From an uncultured Gemmatimonadales bacterium (GTDB lineage: Bacteria > Gemmatimonadota > Gemmatimonadetes > Gemmatimonadales > Gemmatimonadaceae): a stretch of 64,000 nt of DNA. Position 1 is the first letter of the stretch. Every line of letters begins with the position of its first letter. The stretch lies in contig OY969695.1 of assembly GCA_963701965.1 (NCBI GenBank), positions 2,912,001-2,976,000 of the forward strand. Direction: 5' to 3'. Under the pieces are notes generated by a model. It was not told the origin of the DNA. It worked only from the letters and a program-made list of their open reading frames with translations, and did not search any database. The position numbers and the translations under genes were made by a program. Shown piece by piece: positions 1 to 9,658 of this stretch.

Positions 1-481
1 CGCGTAGCGCGCGCCGGTAGGCGCCCAGCAGGGTGCCCCACGTCGTCTGCGGCGTGGGGCGGTGCGCGTAGAGCAGGGCGCGGGCCCGCGAGCCCGCGTC
101 CGACGGCGGCAGCCACGTCACGCTCAGCACGTACGTCGTCTCGTAGCGGCGATCGCCGCGGGCGTACGCCGCACGGCGCTCATCGTCGATCATCGCCGCG
201 ACCGGCGCGGGAAACACCGACGTCGGGTACACCGGCGCGGGTCGGCGCACGGCGTCGAGATGCCAGCACCAGTCGTCGCCGTGCGACAGCAGCGCGTCGC
301 TCACTGTTCGCGACAACGCCTCGCGCTCGGCGTCCGAGGCGGCCGAGATATCCGGTCCGCGATATGTGAACGCGGAGAGGAGGGCGCCGTCTTTTTGGAG
401 GACGATCCCGTCGTCGATCATGAACGCCCACGTCAGGAGATCGGCCACGCCGGTGGCGTGGGGGCGGTGCTCGCGCAGCAT
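1..481 (-). CDS. trbE: Conjugal transfer ATPase TrbE/VirB4, N-terminal part (truncated by window edge)
   Basis: Not in ORF track. Manual translation from ATG at 481: MLREHRPHATGVADLLTWAFMIDDGIVLQKDGALLSAFTYRGPD..., matching the TrbE N-terminus pattern (ADxLxW...GxxLxKDG...RGPD); follows trbD. Confidence 0.85.
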   Translation of the reverse strand, partial: MLREHRPHATGVADLLTWAFMIDDGIVLQKDGALLSAFTYRGPDISAASDAEREALSRTVSDALLSHGDDWCWHLDAVRRPAPVYPTSVFPAPVAAMIDDERRAAYARGDRRYETTYVLSVTWLPPSDAGSRARALLYAHRPTPQTTWGTLLGAYRRALR

Positions 482-482
482 C

Positions 483-791
483 TCAGTGCCGCGGGATCGA
501 GACGGGCGCCAGCGGCGGCCGGGCGCGGGGATGCGCGTGCGGCGGATAGTAGTCGCGCCACCGGAGGGAGCGGAGATACACGGCCGCGATCGCCGGATCG
601 GCGACCGTCGCCCGGACCATCGCCGTATGAATGACCGTGAGATAGAACGCGCATAGCGCGATCGTCGCCACGTGCAGGCCGACTATGATGAGCAGCCCCA
701 GCACGGCGCTGCCCTCGGCCACCGCGACCGCCGGCTCGACGCCGGCGAACAACACGGGCCGGTGGAGCGAGGCATGGATCGTGGCGCTCAT
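483..791 (-). CDS. trbD: Conjugal transfer protein TrbD/VirB3
   Basis: MSATIHASLHRPVLFAGVEP..., two hydrophobic segments; ATGA overlap with trbC stop; position between trbC and trbE. Confidence 0.85.
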   Translation of the reverse strand: MSATIHASLHRPVLFAGVEPAVAVAEGSAVLGLLIIVGLHVATIALCAFYLTVIHTAMVRATVADPAIAAVYLRSLRWRDYYPPHAHPRARPPLAPVSIPRH

Positions 792-1093
792 ACGGTGGCG
801 CCCGCGAACTGCAGGAGCGCCACGATCTGCACGGCGCCGAACATGATGGCGATGGCGAAGATCGCCTGGCCAAACCGTTTCGCGCCGTCCTCGTGTCGCG
901 TGAACCCCCACACGACGCCACCGATCACCAGCATGATGCCCGCCATGACGCGCGCGGTGGGGCCCGAGAGATTGGCCAGCAGCGTCTCGAACGGCAGGTT
1001 CCACGGCATGTCCGTGCCGCCGGTGCCCGCGAACGCCGGGGCCGGCGCTGCGAGCCCGGCTGCGAACAGCATCAGGGCAACGCCAACGCGCAT
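788..1093 (-). CDS. trbC: Conjugal pilin TrbC/VirB2
   Basis: Signal peptide, then GTGGTDMPWNLPFETLLANLSGPTAR (MPW..P......L.GP.A pilin motif) and two TM helices. Confidence 0.88.
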   Translation of the reverse strand: MRVGVALMLFAAGLAAPAPAFAGTGGTDMPWNLPFETLLANLSGPTARVMAGIMLVIGGVVWGFTRHEDGAKRFGQAIFAIAIMFGAVQIVALLQFAGATV

Positions 1094-2055
1094 TGCGCCT
1101 CCGACTCGCCGAAACGGTCGATGCGATAGCGGCCCGCGCCGTCGAGGCCACGGAGCCGGGCCAACCGGCTGACGCGACGGTCGGCGCCGGACATCATCAC
1201 GATCCACTCCACGGCCTCGGCGATCAGCGCCGGTTGCGGCGGCACGTTGGCGCGTTGCGCCAGCCGGTCGAGCCGTGCCAGCGCGCCGGCCGGCGATGTC
1301 GCGTGCAGCGTCGCGACGCCACCCGGGTGTCCGGTCGCCCAGGCGTCGAGGAGATCGAGCGCGGCCTCATCGCGCACTTCGCCGACGATGATGCGGTCCG
1401 GGCTCGCCCGCAGCGTCGCCTTGACCAGCTGCGCCAGCGTGCTGCCGGCGGGCGTGCGGACCGCGAGATGATCGCGGGCCACGCACAGGAGCTCCGCCGT
1501 GTCCTCGAGGATCACGATCCGGTCGTTGGGGCAGACCCGGGTTATCTCATGAAGGACGGCGTTGGCGAACGTCGTCTTGCCGGAGTTCGTGCCGCCGCAC
1601 ACGAGAATGCTTTCCCGGCGCAGCACCGCGTCGCCGAGGGCGTGGCGGTGTGTGGCGGAGAGCGCGCCGCGGGCCACGTAGTCGTCGAGACCGTAGACGA
1701 TCGCCGGCGGTTTCCGGATGGTGAACGCCGGCGCCGGTGTCACTGGCGGCACGAACCCCTGGAGGCGCGCCCGCCGAAAGAACGCGTGCGGGAGCGTGGT
1801 CTGGAGGAACGGCGCCTCGGCGCCCAGCGCGACCCCGGCCCGCGCCGCGGCGGCGTTCAGGAACATCTCGACCTGGTCGCTCTCGATCGTGCACGGGAAC
1901 ACGCTGCGTCCGCCCGAGCGCGTGTCGACGCGTACGAGATGATCGTGCGGGTTGACGTAGACCTCGGTGACATCCTCGTCGGCCAGCGCGCCGGCCGCGA
2001 CCGGGCCCAGATAGCGGAGGAGCGGCTCCGCCTGATCGGTATCTTCGGCGTCCAT
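1072..2055 (-). CDS. trbB: P-type conjugative transfer ATPase TrbB/VirB11
   Basis: Walker A GGTNSGKTT, ILEDTAEL, LRASPDRIIVGEVRD, WATGHPGG. Confidence 0.93.
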   Translation of the reverse strand: MDAEDTDQAEPLLRYLGPVAAGALADEDVTEVYVNPHDHLVRVDTRSGGRSVFPCTIESDQVEMFLNAAAARAGVALGAEAPFLQTTLPHAFFRRARLQGFVPPVTPAPAFTIRKPPAIVYGLDDYVARGALSATHRHALGDAVLRRESILVCGGTNSGKTTFANAVLHEITRVCPNDRIVILEDTAELLCVARDHLAVRTPAGSTLAQLVKATLRASPDRIIVGEVRDEAALDLLDAWATGHPGGVATLHATSPAGALARLDRLAQRANVPPQPALIAEAVEWIVMMSGADRRVSRLARLRGLDGAGRYRIDRFGESEAQCALALP

Positions 2056-2115
2056 TGGTCTCCTGGGAGAGAGGGTGATCTCTACCAGTCAAGACACACG
2101 CCGAGGCCTCGAGGA

Positions 2116-2832
2116 TCAATTTTGTCGAAAAGTCGCGACGTCAATGTGTTCGCCAGCGTGCACCGCGGACGGCTGGCCGGTGCGCGTGGTGTCCGCCCAG
2201 ACCATCACGCTCCCTTGTTCGACCGAGACGCCGACGGTGGAGTCCCACGTGTTGGCGCGGACGGTGAACACCGTGCCGACGGCCGTCACCAACACGCCTT
2301 GGGCGACGACCTCGAACGGGTGCGCGATGTCGGGATGGACCTGGAATCGCGCTTCGCCGTCGAGCGTGAGCGCGCGCGGCCGCCGGAAATACGACGCCCG
2401 GTAGCCCAACCGCGCCCCAGGCTCGAGCGTCGCCCGTGAGCCATCGGGCAGGCGCACGACGCGACGCGCGTCCATCGGCGCGGCGTATCGCTCGTTGGCG
2501 TGCGCCGCGACCAGCGGCGCCACGGAGAGGTACGTCACGCGGCCGATCACGAGCACGACGACCGCGGCGACAATGATCTCGGCCCACTGCAGGACGCGCC
2601 GCCCGCGCCGCGGGGTTGCGCGCGCCGAGAAGCTGGCCCACGCGGCGTCCACCGGATCGGGCGCATCGACACTCATGCCGAGCGCCAGGAGGTCGGCGGC
2701 GCGCCGGAGTCCCGGATCGCGCGCCAGGTCGCGCGCCACATCCGCCGCCTCGTCGGGTGGCAGGTCGCCCCGGATGTACTCGGCGAGCCGGAGATACACG
2801 CGGTCGCGCCGCGGCAGCCGCGGTGCGCTCAT
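2116..2832 (-). CDS. FecR-family anti-sigma/sensor protein (short form)
   Basis: One TM helix, then VRLPDGSRATL...LDGEARFQV...PFEV...VGTVFTV...VSVEQGSV FecR core; overlaps sigma stop. Confidence 0.85.
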   Translation of the reverse strand: MSAPRLPRRDRVYLRLAEYIRGDLPPDEAADVARDLARDPGLRRAADLLALGMSVDAPDPVDAAWASFSARATPRRGRRVLQWAEIIVAAVVVLVIGRVTYLSVAPLVAAHANERYAAPMDARRVVRLPDGSRATLEPGARLGYRASYFRRPRALTLDGEARFQVHPDIAHPFEVVAQGVLVTAVGTVFTVRANTWDSTVGVSVEQGSVMVWADTTRTGQPSAVHAGEHIDVATFRQN

Positions 2833-3443
2833 GATCGGCCGTCCGGTCGCGTGATGCGTCCGAGCGCGTCGGCCCAGTCTGTCTGGGCGAGGTTTCGAGC
2901 CAGCAAGTGCAAGGCTCGCGCGTGATGGCGCTTCACCGTGACGACCGAGATGCCGAGCCGCGCCGCGACCGCGTGCGCGTCGAGGCCCGCGCCGTGGCGG
3001 AGGCGGTAGACATCGCGGCAGCGCCGCGGCATCCCGCGCACTATCGCGTCGACCGTTGCTGCCAGTTCGTGAACGAGCGGCCGGTGTTCGCCGGAGTTGT
3101 CGACCGTCGGTTCTCCGGCGCCGTCCTCGAACGCCCAGGCGACGACCGTGTGCCGCGCCGCGCGCACGCGGTGGGCGCGGTTCAGCACCGCGCCATACAG
3201 GTAGCGCCCGAGACCCTGGTAGATCGTGAGCCGGTCGCGCGCCCGCCAGAGGCTCAAGAACACCTCCTGCACCAGCTCCTGCGCGTCATCGCGCGACAGC
3301 GTGCCCGAGTGGCGCGCGCAGGCCACGAGTGCTGGCCAGAACGCGCGGTAGACCCGTTCGAACGCCGCCCGGTCACCCGCGCGCACGCCCGCGATGACCG
3401 CGGGCTCGTCCTCCAGCTCCACACTGGGCGCGTCCGATTTCAC
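2829..3443 (-). CDS. ECF sigma-70 factor
   Basis: GDRAAFERVY, AQELVQEVFLSLW (region 2), MPRRCRDVYRL...VAARLGISVVTVKRH (region 4). Confidence 0.9.
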   Translation of the reverse strand: MKSDAPSVELEDEPAVIAGVRAGDRAAFERVYRAFWPALVACARHSGTLSRDDAQELVQEVFLSLWRARDRLTIYQGLGRYLYGAVLNRAHRVRAARHTVVAWAFEDGAGEPTVDNSGEHRPLVHELAATVDAIVRGMPRRCRDVYRLRHGAGLDAHAVAARLGISVVTVKRHHARALHLLARNLAQTDWADALGRITRPDGRS

Positions 3444-3492
3444 TGTCCCCCCGCCGCCGTGACTTCGGCGACCGCTGGCTCGTATCCGTCCG

Positions 3493-4782
3493 ATGACCCT
3501 CGGCCGCGAAACTGGTGAGTGGACGGGACGCCGGCAAGGTGGCCCAAAGACGGTTGATCCTCGGACCCGTCTCGTGTGTCATCCGGCTTTAGCGGCGCTT
3601 GCGGCGCTGATGCTGGCCGTTGGTTGCCACGGTCACCACCCGCCGCCGGCGCCGGTGACGCGGGCCGAGGCTCCGATCGTGACACCCGATCATGCGATCC
3701 TGGCGCTCGACGCCACGCAGCGTCGCGAGCGCTTACAGCACGTCCTCGACGCCTACCGCGCGCGCGGCGGGATGCCGGGCGCGGTCCTCGCGGCGCGCTT
3801 CGGGGACAACACCACGATCGCGGTCGCATTGGGGTTCGCCGATCGCGAGCGCGGCACGCCAATGACGGCTGATGCGCGGATGCTGGCGGGCGGTGTGGCC
3901 CCGACGTTCTTCGCCGCCTTGGCGCTGGAGCTGGCGCGCGAGGGGCGTCTCGCGCTCGACACGCCGATCACCGTGTACCTGCACGGGGTCCCGTGGCTGC
4001 GCCGTTTGCCGAACGCCCAGCGGGTGACGCCGCGCATGCTGCTGTTGCAGACGAGCGGGTACGGCGGGTTCTCAAAGACGTTCTACGATGCGCTGGGGCG
4101 CGACCCGTTGCGGCCGCGGGAGCACGTCGAGATGCTGCGGTCTCTCTTTGAGACCGCGCCACGCGGCCAGCCTGGGGAGCGGTTCGAGGCGAGCGCGCTG
4201 GACTACGATCTCTTGGCGATGATCGAGGAAGCGATCACGCACGACGATCCGTACGCCGAGATCGAGCGCCGGTTCCTGCGGCGTTACGGGCTGCGCGAGA
4301 CGACGCCGGCGCTGAGCCCTCGTCTCGCCGGTCTCGTGCCCGGCTACACGGGGCCGGTCAGTCCGGTCGGCAACGCGCTGACGGGCGAGGGTACGCTCAT
4401 CGTCAATCCGCAGTTCGAGTGGGCGGCGGGCGGGTTCGTGTCGACGGGCGGCGATCTCGCGCGCTGGATCGCGGCGTATTGTCGCGGGGAGGTGGTGCCG
4501 CCGCGCGAGTGGGCGGAGGTCATTCGCGGCGACGGGGTGCCGGCGCCTGCATTCGGGCCCGGCGTGCGTTGGGGGCTGGGGCTCACGATCGAGCACACGG
4601 CGCTGGGACCGGCGTTCGGCACACGGGGGTTCTTCCCGGGGTATATGTCCGAGGCCCGGTGGTATCGTGACATCAATGTGGCGATCGCCATTCAAGTGAA
4701 TACGAGCGATCCCGATGCGTTGCCCGGGTGGGCGGCGGGGGTGGTGCTCGACGAGGCGGCGCAAGCGCTCACGCGGCAGTAG
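3493..4782 (+). CDS. Beta-lactamase/serine hydrolase-fold protein, probable lipoprotein, catalytic motifs degenerate; true start may be downstream
   Basis: GMPGAV, ALGFADRE..PMTAD, LxLDTPI, VTPRMLLLQTSG, PGERF, AAGGFVSTGGDLARW; lipobox-like LAVGC. Confidence 0.8.
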   Translation: MTLGRETGEWTGRRQGGPKTVDPRTRLVCHPALAALAALMLAVGCHGHHPPPAPVTRAEAPIVTPDHAILALDATQRRERLQHVLDAYRARGGMPGAVLAARFGDNTTIAVALGFADRERGTPMTADARMLAGGVAPTFFAALALELAREGRLALDTPITVYLHGVPWLRRLPNAQRVTPRMLLLQTSGYGGFSKTFYDALGRDPLRPREHVEMLRSLFETAPRGQPGERFEASALDYDLLAMIEEAITHDDPYAEIERRFLRRYGLRETTPALSPRLAGLVPGYTGPVSPVGNALTGEGTLIVNPQFEWAAGGFVSTGGDLARWIAAYCRGEVVPPREWAEVIRGDGVPAPAFGPGVRWGLGLTIEHTALGPAFGTRGFFPGYMSEARWYRDINVAIAIQVNTSDPDALPGWAAGVVLDEAAQALTRQ

Positions 4783-4815
4783 TCCTGGCGGGGGACCGCG
4801 TGTCATATTGCAATC

Positions 4816-6012
4816 GTGACCGAGCACGTACAGTCGAGCCCGTTTCGCACGTCGGGCGCGCAGCAGCGCGTGTCGCAGCCGCAGCAGCGCGCGTCGGAGC
4901 AGCGCCTTGCGCGGGTTCCCGATGTCGACTGGACGCTCGACTTGCGGACGGACGCGTTATCGATGTCCGACACGTTGATGGTCTCGTTCGGGTGGCCGAG
5001 TGAGGACGCGACCACGCGCCAGTGGTGGATGGAGCGGTTGCATCCCGACGATCGGGAGCGCATGCTCAGCGAGACGGCCGCGGTGATGGATGGTGCCGAT
5101 GCGCGGTCGGGCGTGAGCTATCGGTTTCGGGATGGGCACGGCGAGTACGTGCGCGTGCTCGATCGATGGGCGATCGAGCGGGACGCGGCGGGGCGGGCGA
5201 CACGGATCGTGGGGACGTTGGTCAATCTGACGGCGCGTCACGCGGCCGATCTCACGGAGACGCGACTGTTGGTGATGGAGAGTGCGGCGCGGGCGAACGC
5301 CGAAGCGGCGAACCGTGCCAAGGCCGAGTTTCTGGCGGCGATGAGTCATGAGCTCCGGACACCGCTCAACGCCATTGCTGGATACTCCGAGCTCTTGGAG
5401 ATGGAAGTGCACGGGCCATTGAGCCCGATGCAGCGCGAGGACGTCAAGCGCATCCAGAACGCCAGCGCGCATTTGTTGGCGCTGATCAGCGACATCCTCG
5501 ACTTCACGCGGATCGAAGCCTCGCGCGTGGAGCTCAGGGTGCGCGACATGCCGATCGACGCGGTGCTGACACCGGCGATGGTGATGGTCGAGCCGCAGGC
5601 GGACGCCAAGGGCGTGTCGGCGTCCTATCTGGGCTGCGATCCGAAGCGCACGGCGCGGGCCGATCCCGAGCGCGTGCGACAGATCGTGCTCAACCTCCTG
5701 TCGAACGCCATCAAGTTCACGCGCTCAGGCGGGTGCGTCGTGTTGGCGTGCGATGGGGGGAGCGATCCCGTTCGCATCACGGTGAGCGACACCGGCCGCG
5801 GGATCCCGCCGGACAAGCTCGAGGCGATCTTCGAGCCGTTCGTGCAGGTCGGTCGCGCGCTCGGCATGGGCGAGCATGGCGGCGTCGGGCTGGGGCTCGC
5901 CATCAGCCGCGAGTTGGCGCGGCGTATGGAGGGCGATCTCACCGTGCAGAGCGTGCACGGCGAGGGGTCGACGTTCACGCTGACGTTGCCGGCGGGACCG
6001 CTCCATGACTGA
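4816..6012 (+). CDS. PAS-domain sensor histidine kinase
   Basis: PAS (LHPDDRER), H-box FLAAMSHELRTPL, N-box NLLSNAIKFT, DTGRGI, GVGLGLAI. Confidence 0.95.
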   Translation: MTEHVQSSPFRTSGAQQRVSQPQQRASEQRLARVPDVDWTLDLRTDALSMSDTLMVSFGWPSEDATTRQWWMERLHPDDRERMLSETAAVMDGADARSGVSYRFRDGHGEYVRVLDRWAIERDAAGRATRIVGTLVNLTARHAADLTETRLLVMESAARANAEAANRAKAEFLAAMSHELRTPLNAIAGYSELLEMEVHGPLSPMQREDVKRIQNASAHLLALISDILDFTRIEASRVELRVRDMPIDAVLTPAMVMVEPQADAKGVSASYLGCDPKRTARADPERVRQIVLNLLSNAIKFTRSGGCVVLACDGGSDPVRITVSDTGRGIPPDKLEAIFEPFVQVGRALGMGEHGGVGLGLAISRELARRMEGDLTVQSVHGEGSTFTLTLPAGPLHD

Positions 6013-6400
6013 CGATAACAACGGAGAGATTCCCGCCGCCATCGTCGAGGCGGTGCGGGCGTTAGCCGAGTACGAGGCCTCGATGGCCGCCTACGTGTCG
6101 CTGGCCCAAGAGCATCCGACGCCGCGGTCGTTGCGCCGATTTCGCGAGGAGCGCGCCGGTCTTGCCGGCGACCGCCGCCGCGTGCGGCGCGAGTTGCGCG
6201 AGATGCTGGCCGATTTCACGGGCGCGTTGCGCGCGCACGGCGTGCCGCCGGAGCGCATGGTGATCGCGGTCAAGACCATCGCCGAGCGGGCGCTGGGTCG
6301 GTCGAACACGCTGCTGGCGGCGACGCTGCGTAGTGATCTTATGCTGTGGGCGATTGAGACGTACTACGCTGGTGCGCCGGGTGGCAGCGAGGGCGTATAA
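6005..6400 (+). CDS. Small helical protein of the 'GxPPER...W.IExYY' family (paralogs at 37845, 41628, 62334)
   Basis: Overlaps kinase stop; GVPPERMVIAVK...LMLWAIETYY. Confidence 0.7.
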   Translation: MTDDNNGEIPAAIVEAVRALAEYEASMAAYVSLAQEHPTPRSLRRFREERAGLAGDRRRVRRELREMLADFTGALRAHGVPPERMVIAVKTIAERALGRSNTLLAATLRSDLMLWAIETYYAGAPGGSEGV

Positions 6401-6510
6401 CGGAACTCGACGCCGTTCTATCAATCACCAGGCGTTCCATTACGTGCGCATCGCGGTCGTGACTGCGCAGGGACCACCCACTGAGTCGGTGATTGAGCCG
6501 TGAGGCACGC

Positions 6511-6750
6511 ATGTGGAACTTGGTGGTCACGGCGGTCTCGGTTGTGGTGGTCGCCGCACGTATCACACTGAGTATCGCCATCCACGAAGACCGAACGGGT
6601 CGAGACGAGTCTCTACCGGGGTGGCTTTCCACGAAGTGGCGTCCGATCCGCGGTCCTCTGACCGAGCGTGGGCGTTTGCTATGGCGCTTGCGGCTCTTGT
6701 GTGTCGGCGTTGGCGCCTCCGTCATTCTCCTGTGGCACTATGCCGCATAG
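6511..6750 (+). CDS. Small two-TM hypothetical membrane protein
   Basis: GAGG upstream of ATG; hydrophobic N- and C-terminal helices. Confidence 0.45.
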   Translation: MWNLVVTAVSVVVVAARITLSIAIHEDRTGRDESLPGWLSTKWRPIRGPLTERGRLLWRLRLLCVGVGASVILLWHYAA

Positions 6751-8193
6751 CAGCGTAGGCCATGCGTGCGTAGCCCCCCGGCGAATCCGGCGGGTGCACC
6801 TGAGTAGCGTTAACTCCGGGTCTTCGCACGCCGCGCGGTAATGTGCTAGACCAACGTGGCTATCCGACGTCGTCCGTTGGAAAACAGCCTATACTCAATG
6901 CACGCGCCAGGAGCACTTTAAGGATGTGAATGGGTACCGACTCGGCCTTGGGCTATCGCCAGGGCCCAGCACTACCGTTGTGGGCCCAGTTTCATCAAGC
7001 CACTGCGCGCGTCGCGAATGAGACCAGGCAGCAAGCCTTCGTCGCGGCGTATGGAATCTCGCAGATCGAGAGTTGGGGCACCCCCGAGTGTGCCCGGGCC
7101 TTGCCCCGCTGATGATGTATCACGCGAAGGAAGAATCTGCAATTCTGAGAAGCCGACGGAACTGACATAGCGGCGAACGCGGTCGGTCGCCGACAACGGC
7201 ACGTCGGAGCGTGTGAACGCAATGGCCACCAGCGACGCAGCATCGATATGGCCTGCGCCGGGTTCCGTGGACACCATCTTTAAGGTGTTCTTTACGGAAT
7301 CGGGGGTGCCGATGGGCACGAGACGGCGGTACAGTCGGGAGTTTAAGCTCGAGGCGGTGCGGCTGGTGTGCGAGCGCGGCGTGACGGTGGCGCAGGCGGC
7401 CCGGGACTTGGATGTGCATGTCAATGTGCTCCGGAGCTGGGTGCGGGAGCATCGCGCGGATCCGGCGCAGGCTTTTCCCGGAGTCGGCCAGCAGAAACCG
7501 GACGACGCCGAGGTGACACAGCTCCGACGGGAGATCGCGCGCCTCAAGATGGAGCGCGACGTACTAAAAAGCCGCGGCCTACTTTGCGAAGGAGTCACTG
7601 TGAAGTTCGGCTTCGTCGCGACGCACCGAGGGATCTGGCCGGTGGCAGTGCAGTGCGAGGCGCTCGGGGTCTCGCGCAGCGGGTTCTATGCCTGGCGCAC
7701 GCGCCCACCGAGTGCCCGCACGCGGACCAATGCGGCGATCCTGGCGACCCTCCGGGTGCGCTTCGCGTTGTCGGACGCCACGTACGGGGCGCGACGTCTG
7801 GTGCTCGACGTACGCGACGCCGGCCATGTCTGCAGTCGGCAGCATGTCGCCCGGCTAATGCGGGGGGCCGCGCTCCGGGCACGACCCCGGCGTCGCGCGC
7901 GGCCCATGGATACGGGTGAGAGTGCGTTGCACGCGATCGCGCCGAACGTGCTCGATCGACAGTTTGGCGCGTCCGCCCCGAATCAGAAATGGGTCGCCGA
8001 CTTTACCTACGTCTGGACGACCGAGGGCTGGCTCTATGTCGCCGCGGTGCTCGATCTCTTCTCGCGCCGCGTGGTCGGCTGGTCGATGCACGCGACAATG
8101 ACCACGCAGCTCGTGGCTGACGCGCTCCTCATGGCGGTGTGGCGCCGCGGTCCACGGGCGACCGTCCTCCATCACTCGGATCAGGGCAGCCAG

Positions 8194-9658
8194 GGTGGAT
8201 TCAATCGGTCGTCGCAACACCTAGCAGAGGGGTTGCGATGTCGACGAAAAGACAGCGGTCTTCAGGTCGAGCCGGGCGAGTCGTCGTGTTGCGCTCACCG
8301 GGCCGGCCCTCGGTGGCACAGCGGGACGAGCGGCGACGATTCTGGGTCGCGATCGCAGTGGGGTGCTCCAGTGATGACGCCGCGATCGCCGTCGGAGTGT
8401 CGCCCGCTGTGGGCAGACAATGGTTCCGGGAGACTGGCGGGATGCCCCCATCACACCTTGCGCCGTCATCGCCACCCCGGTCCGGGCGGTACCTGTCGAT
8501 CGCGGAACGCGAGGAACTGGCGATCCTGCGCACGCACGGGCACGGCGTGCGCGAGATCGCCCGTCGCTTGACACGCGCGCCGTCGACGATCTCGCGCGAG
8601 GTGCGACGGAATGCCGCGACGCGTGGCCGTGGGTTCGCCTATCGGGCCACGACGGCGCAGTGGTACGCCGACCGAGCCGCTCGTTCGTCCGAGGTCGCCC
8701 CGACTGGCGGTCCATGCGGCGCTCCGCGCGTATGTGGAAGACCGTCTGGCCGGTGTGGTCGTCGCGCCTGACGGCGCCGCCGTCCCCGGTCCCGTCGTGG
8801 CGTGGAAGGGTCGTCGGCACGGGCCCCGGCAGCACCGGCGGTGGGCGTCGGCGTGGGGTCCGGAACAAATTGCGCATCGCCTGCGACTCGACTTTCCCAC
8901 GGACCCCTCCATGCACATCAGCCACGAGGCCATCTACCAGGCGCTGTACGTGCAGGGCCGGGGCGCCCTGCGCCGTGAGTTGACCGCGTGCCTGCGGACG
9001 GGGCGGGCGCTGCGCGTGCCGCGGGCGCGCAGCCGCGGGCAGGGCAAGGCCTTTGTCACGCCGGAGCTCATGATCACCGCGCGCCCGCCGGAGGCGGCCG
9101 ACCGCGCGGTGCCGGGCCATTGGGAGGGCGCCCTGATCCTGGGCGTGGGCAGTTCGGCGATCGGCACCTTGGTGGAGCGCACGACGCGGTTCACGCTCTT
9201 GCTGCACCTGCCGCCTATGGCGGGCCATGGCCTCGGCGCTCGCGAGAAGAACGGGCCTGCCCTCGCCGGGCATGGCGCCGAGGCGGTCTGCGACGCGATC
9301 ACGCGCACGATCGCCACCTTACCCGAGCAGCTCCGACGCTCGCTGACGTGGGATCAAGGGGCGGAGATGTCGCAGCACGCCCGCCTGCGCATCGACGCCG
9401 GCCTGCGCGTCTACTTCTGCGACCCCCACAGTCCGTGGCCGCGCGGCACGAACGAGAACACCAACGGCTTGTTGCGACAGTACTTTCCGAAGGGCACGGA
9501 CCTGAGCCTGCACAGCGCGACCGACGTGGAAGCCGTGGCCCTCAACCTCAACACCAGGCCTCGGAAGACCCTCGGTTGGAGAACACCAGCCGAGGCGCTG
9601 GATCAGCTCCTACGTTCCACACATTCAGCCGCTGTTGCGACGACCAGTTGAATCCGGG
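8194..9658 (+). mobile_element. IS30-family insertion sequence nested in IS3
   Basis: IR core GGATTCAATCGGTCGTCGCAACA (8197-8219) vs TGTTGCGACGACCAGTTGAATCC (9633-9655), 21/23; CAG duplicated at 8191-8193 and 9659-9661. Confidence 0.9.
8238..9651 (+). pseudogene. IS30-family transposase, frameshifted and with a DDE substitution
   Basis: RYLSIAEREE, ISREVRRN, ISHEAIYQALY, PGHWEGAL (Asp expected at Ala), LTWDQGAEM, RGTNENTNGLLRQYFPKG; extra T near 8685. Confidence 0.88.

Noticed and set aside
3493..4782. Functional beta-lactam resistance gene
   Set aside because: Catalytic Ser, Lys and Tyr motifs are absent
4861..4903. 21-bp imperfect tandem repeat at the kinase 5' end (QQRVSQP/QQRASEQ)
   Set aside because: Two degenerate in-frame units in a low-complexity N-terminus
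6396..6815. Integron cassette with attC sites around the small ORF at 6511
   Set aside because: No convincing RYYYAAC...GTTRRRY pair with internal symmetry and no integron integrase in the window
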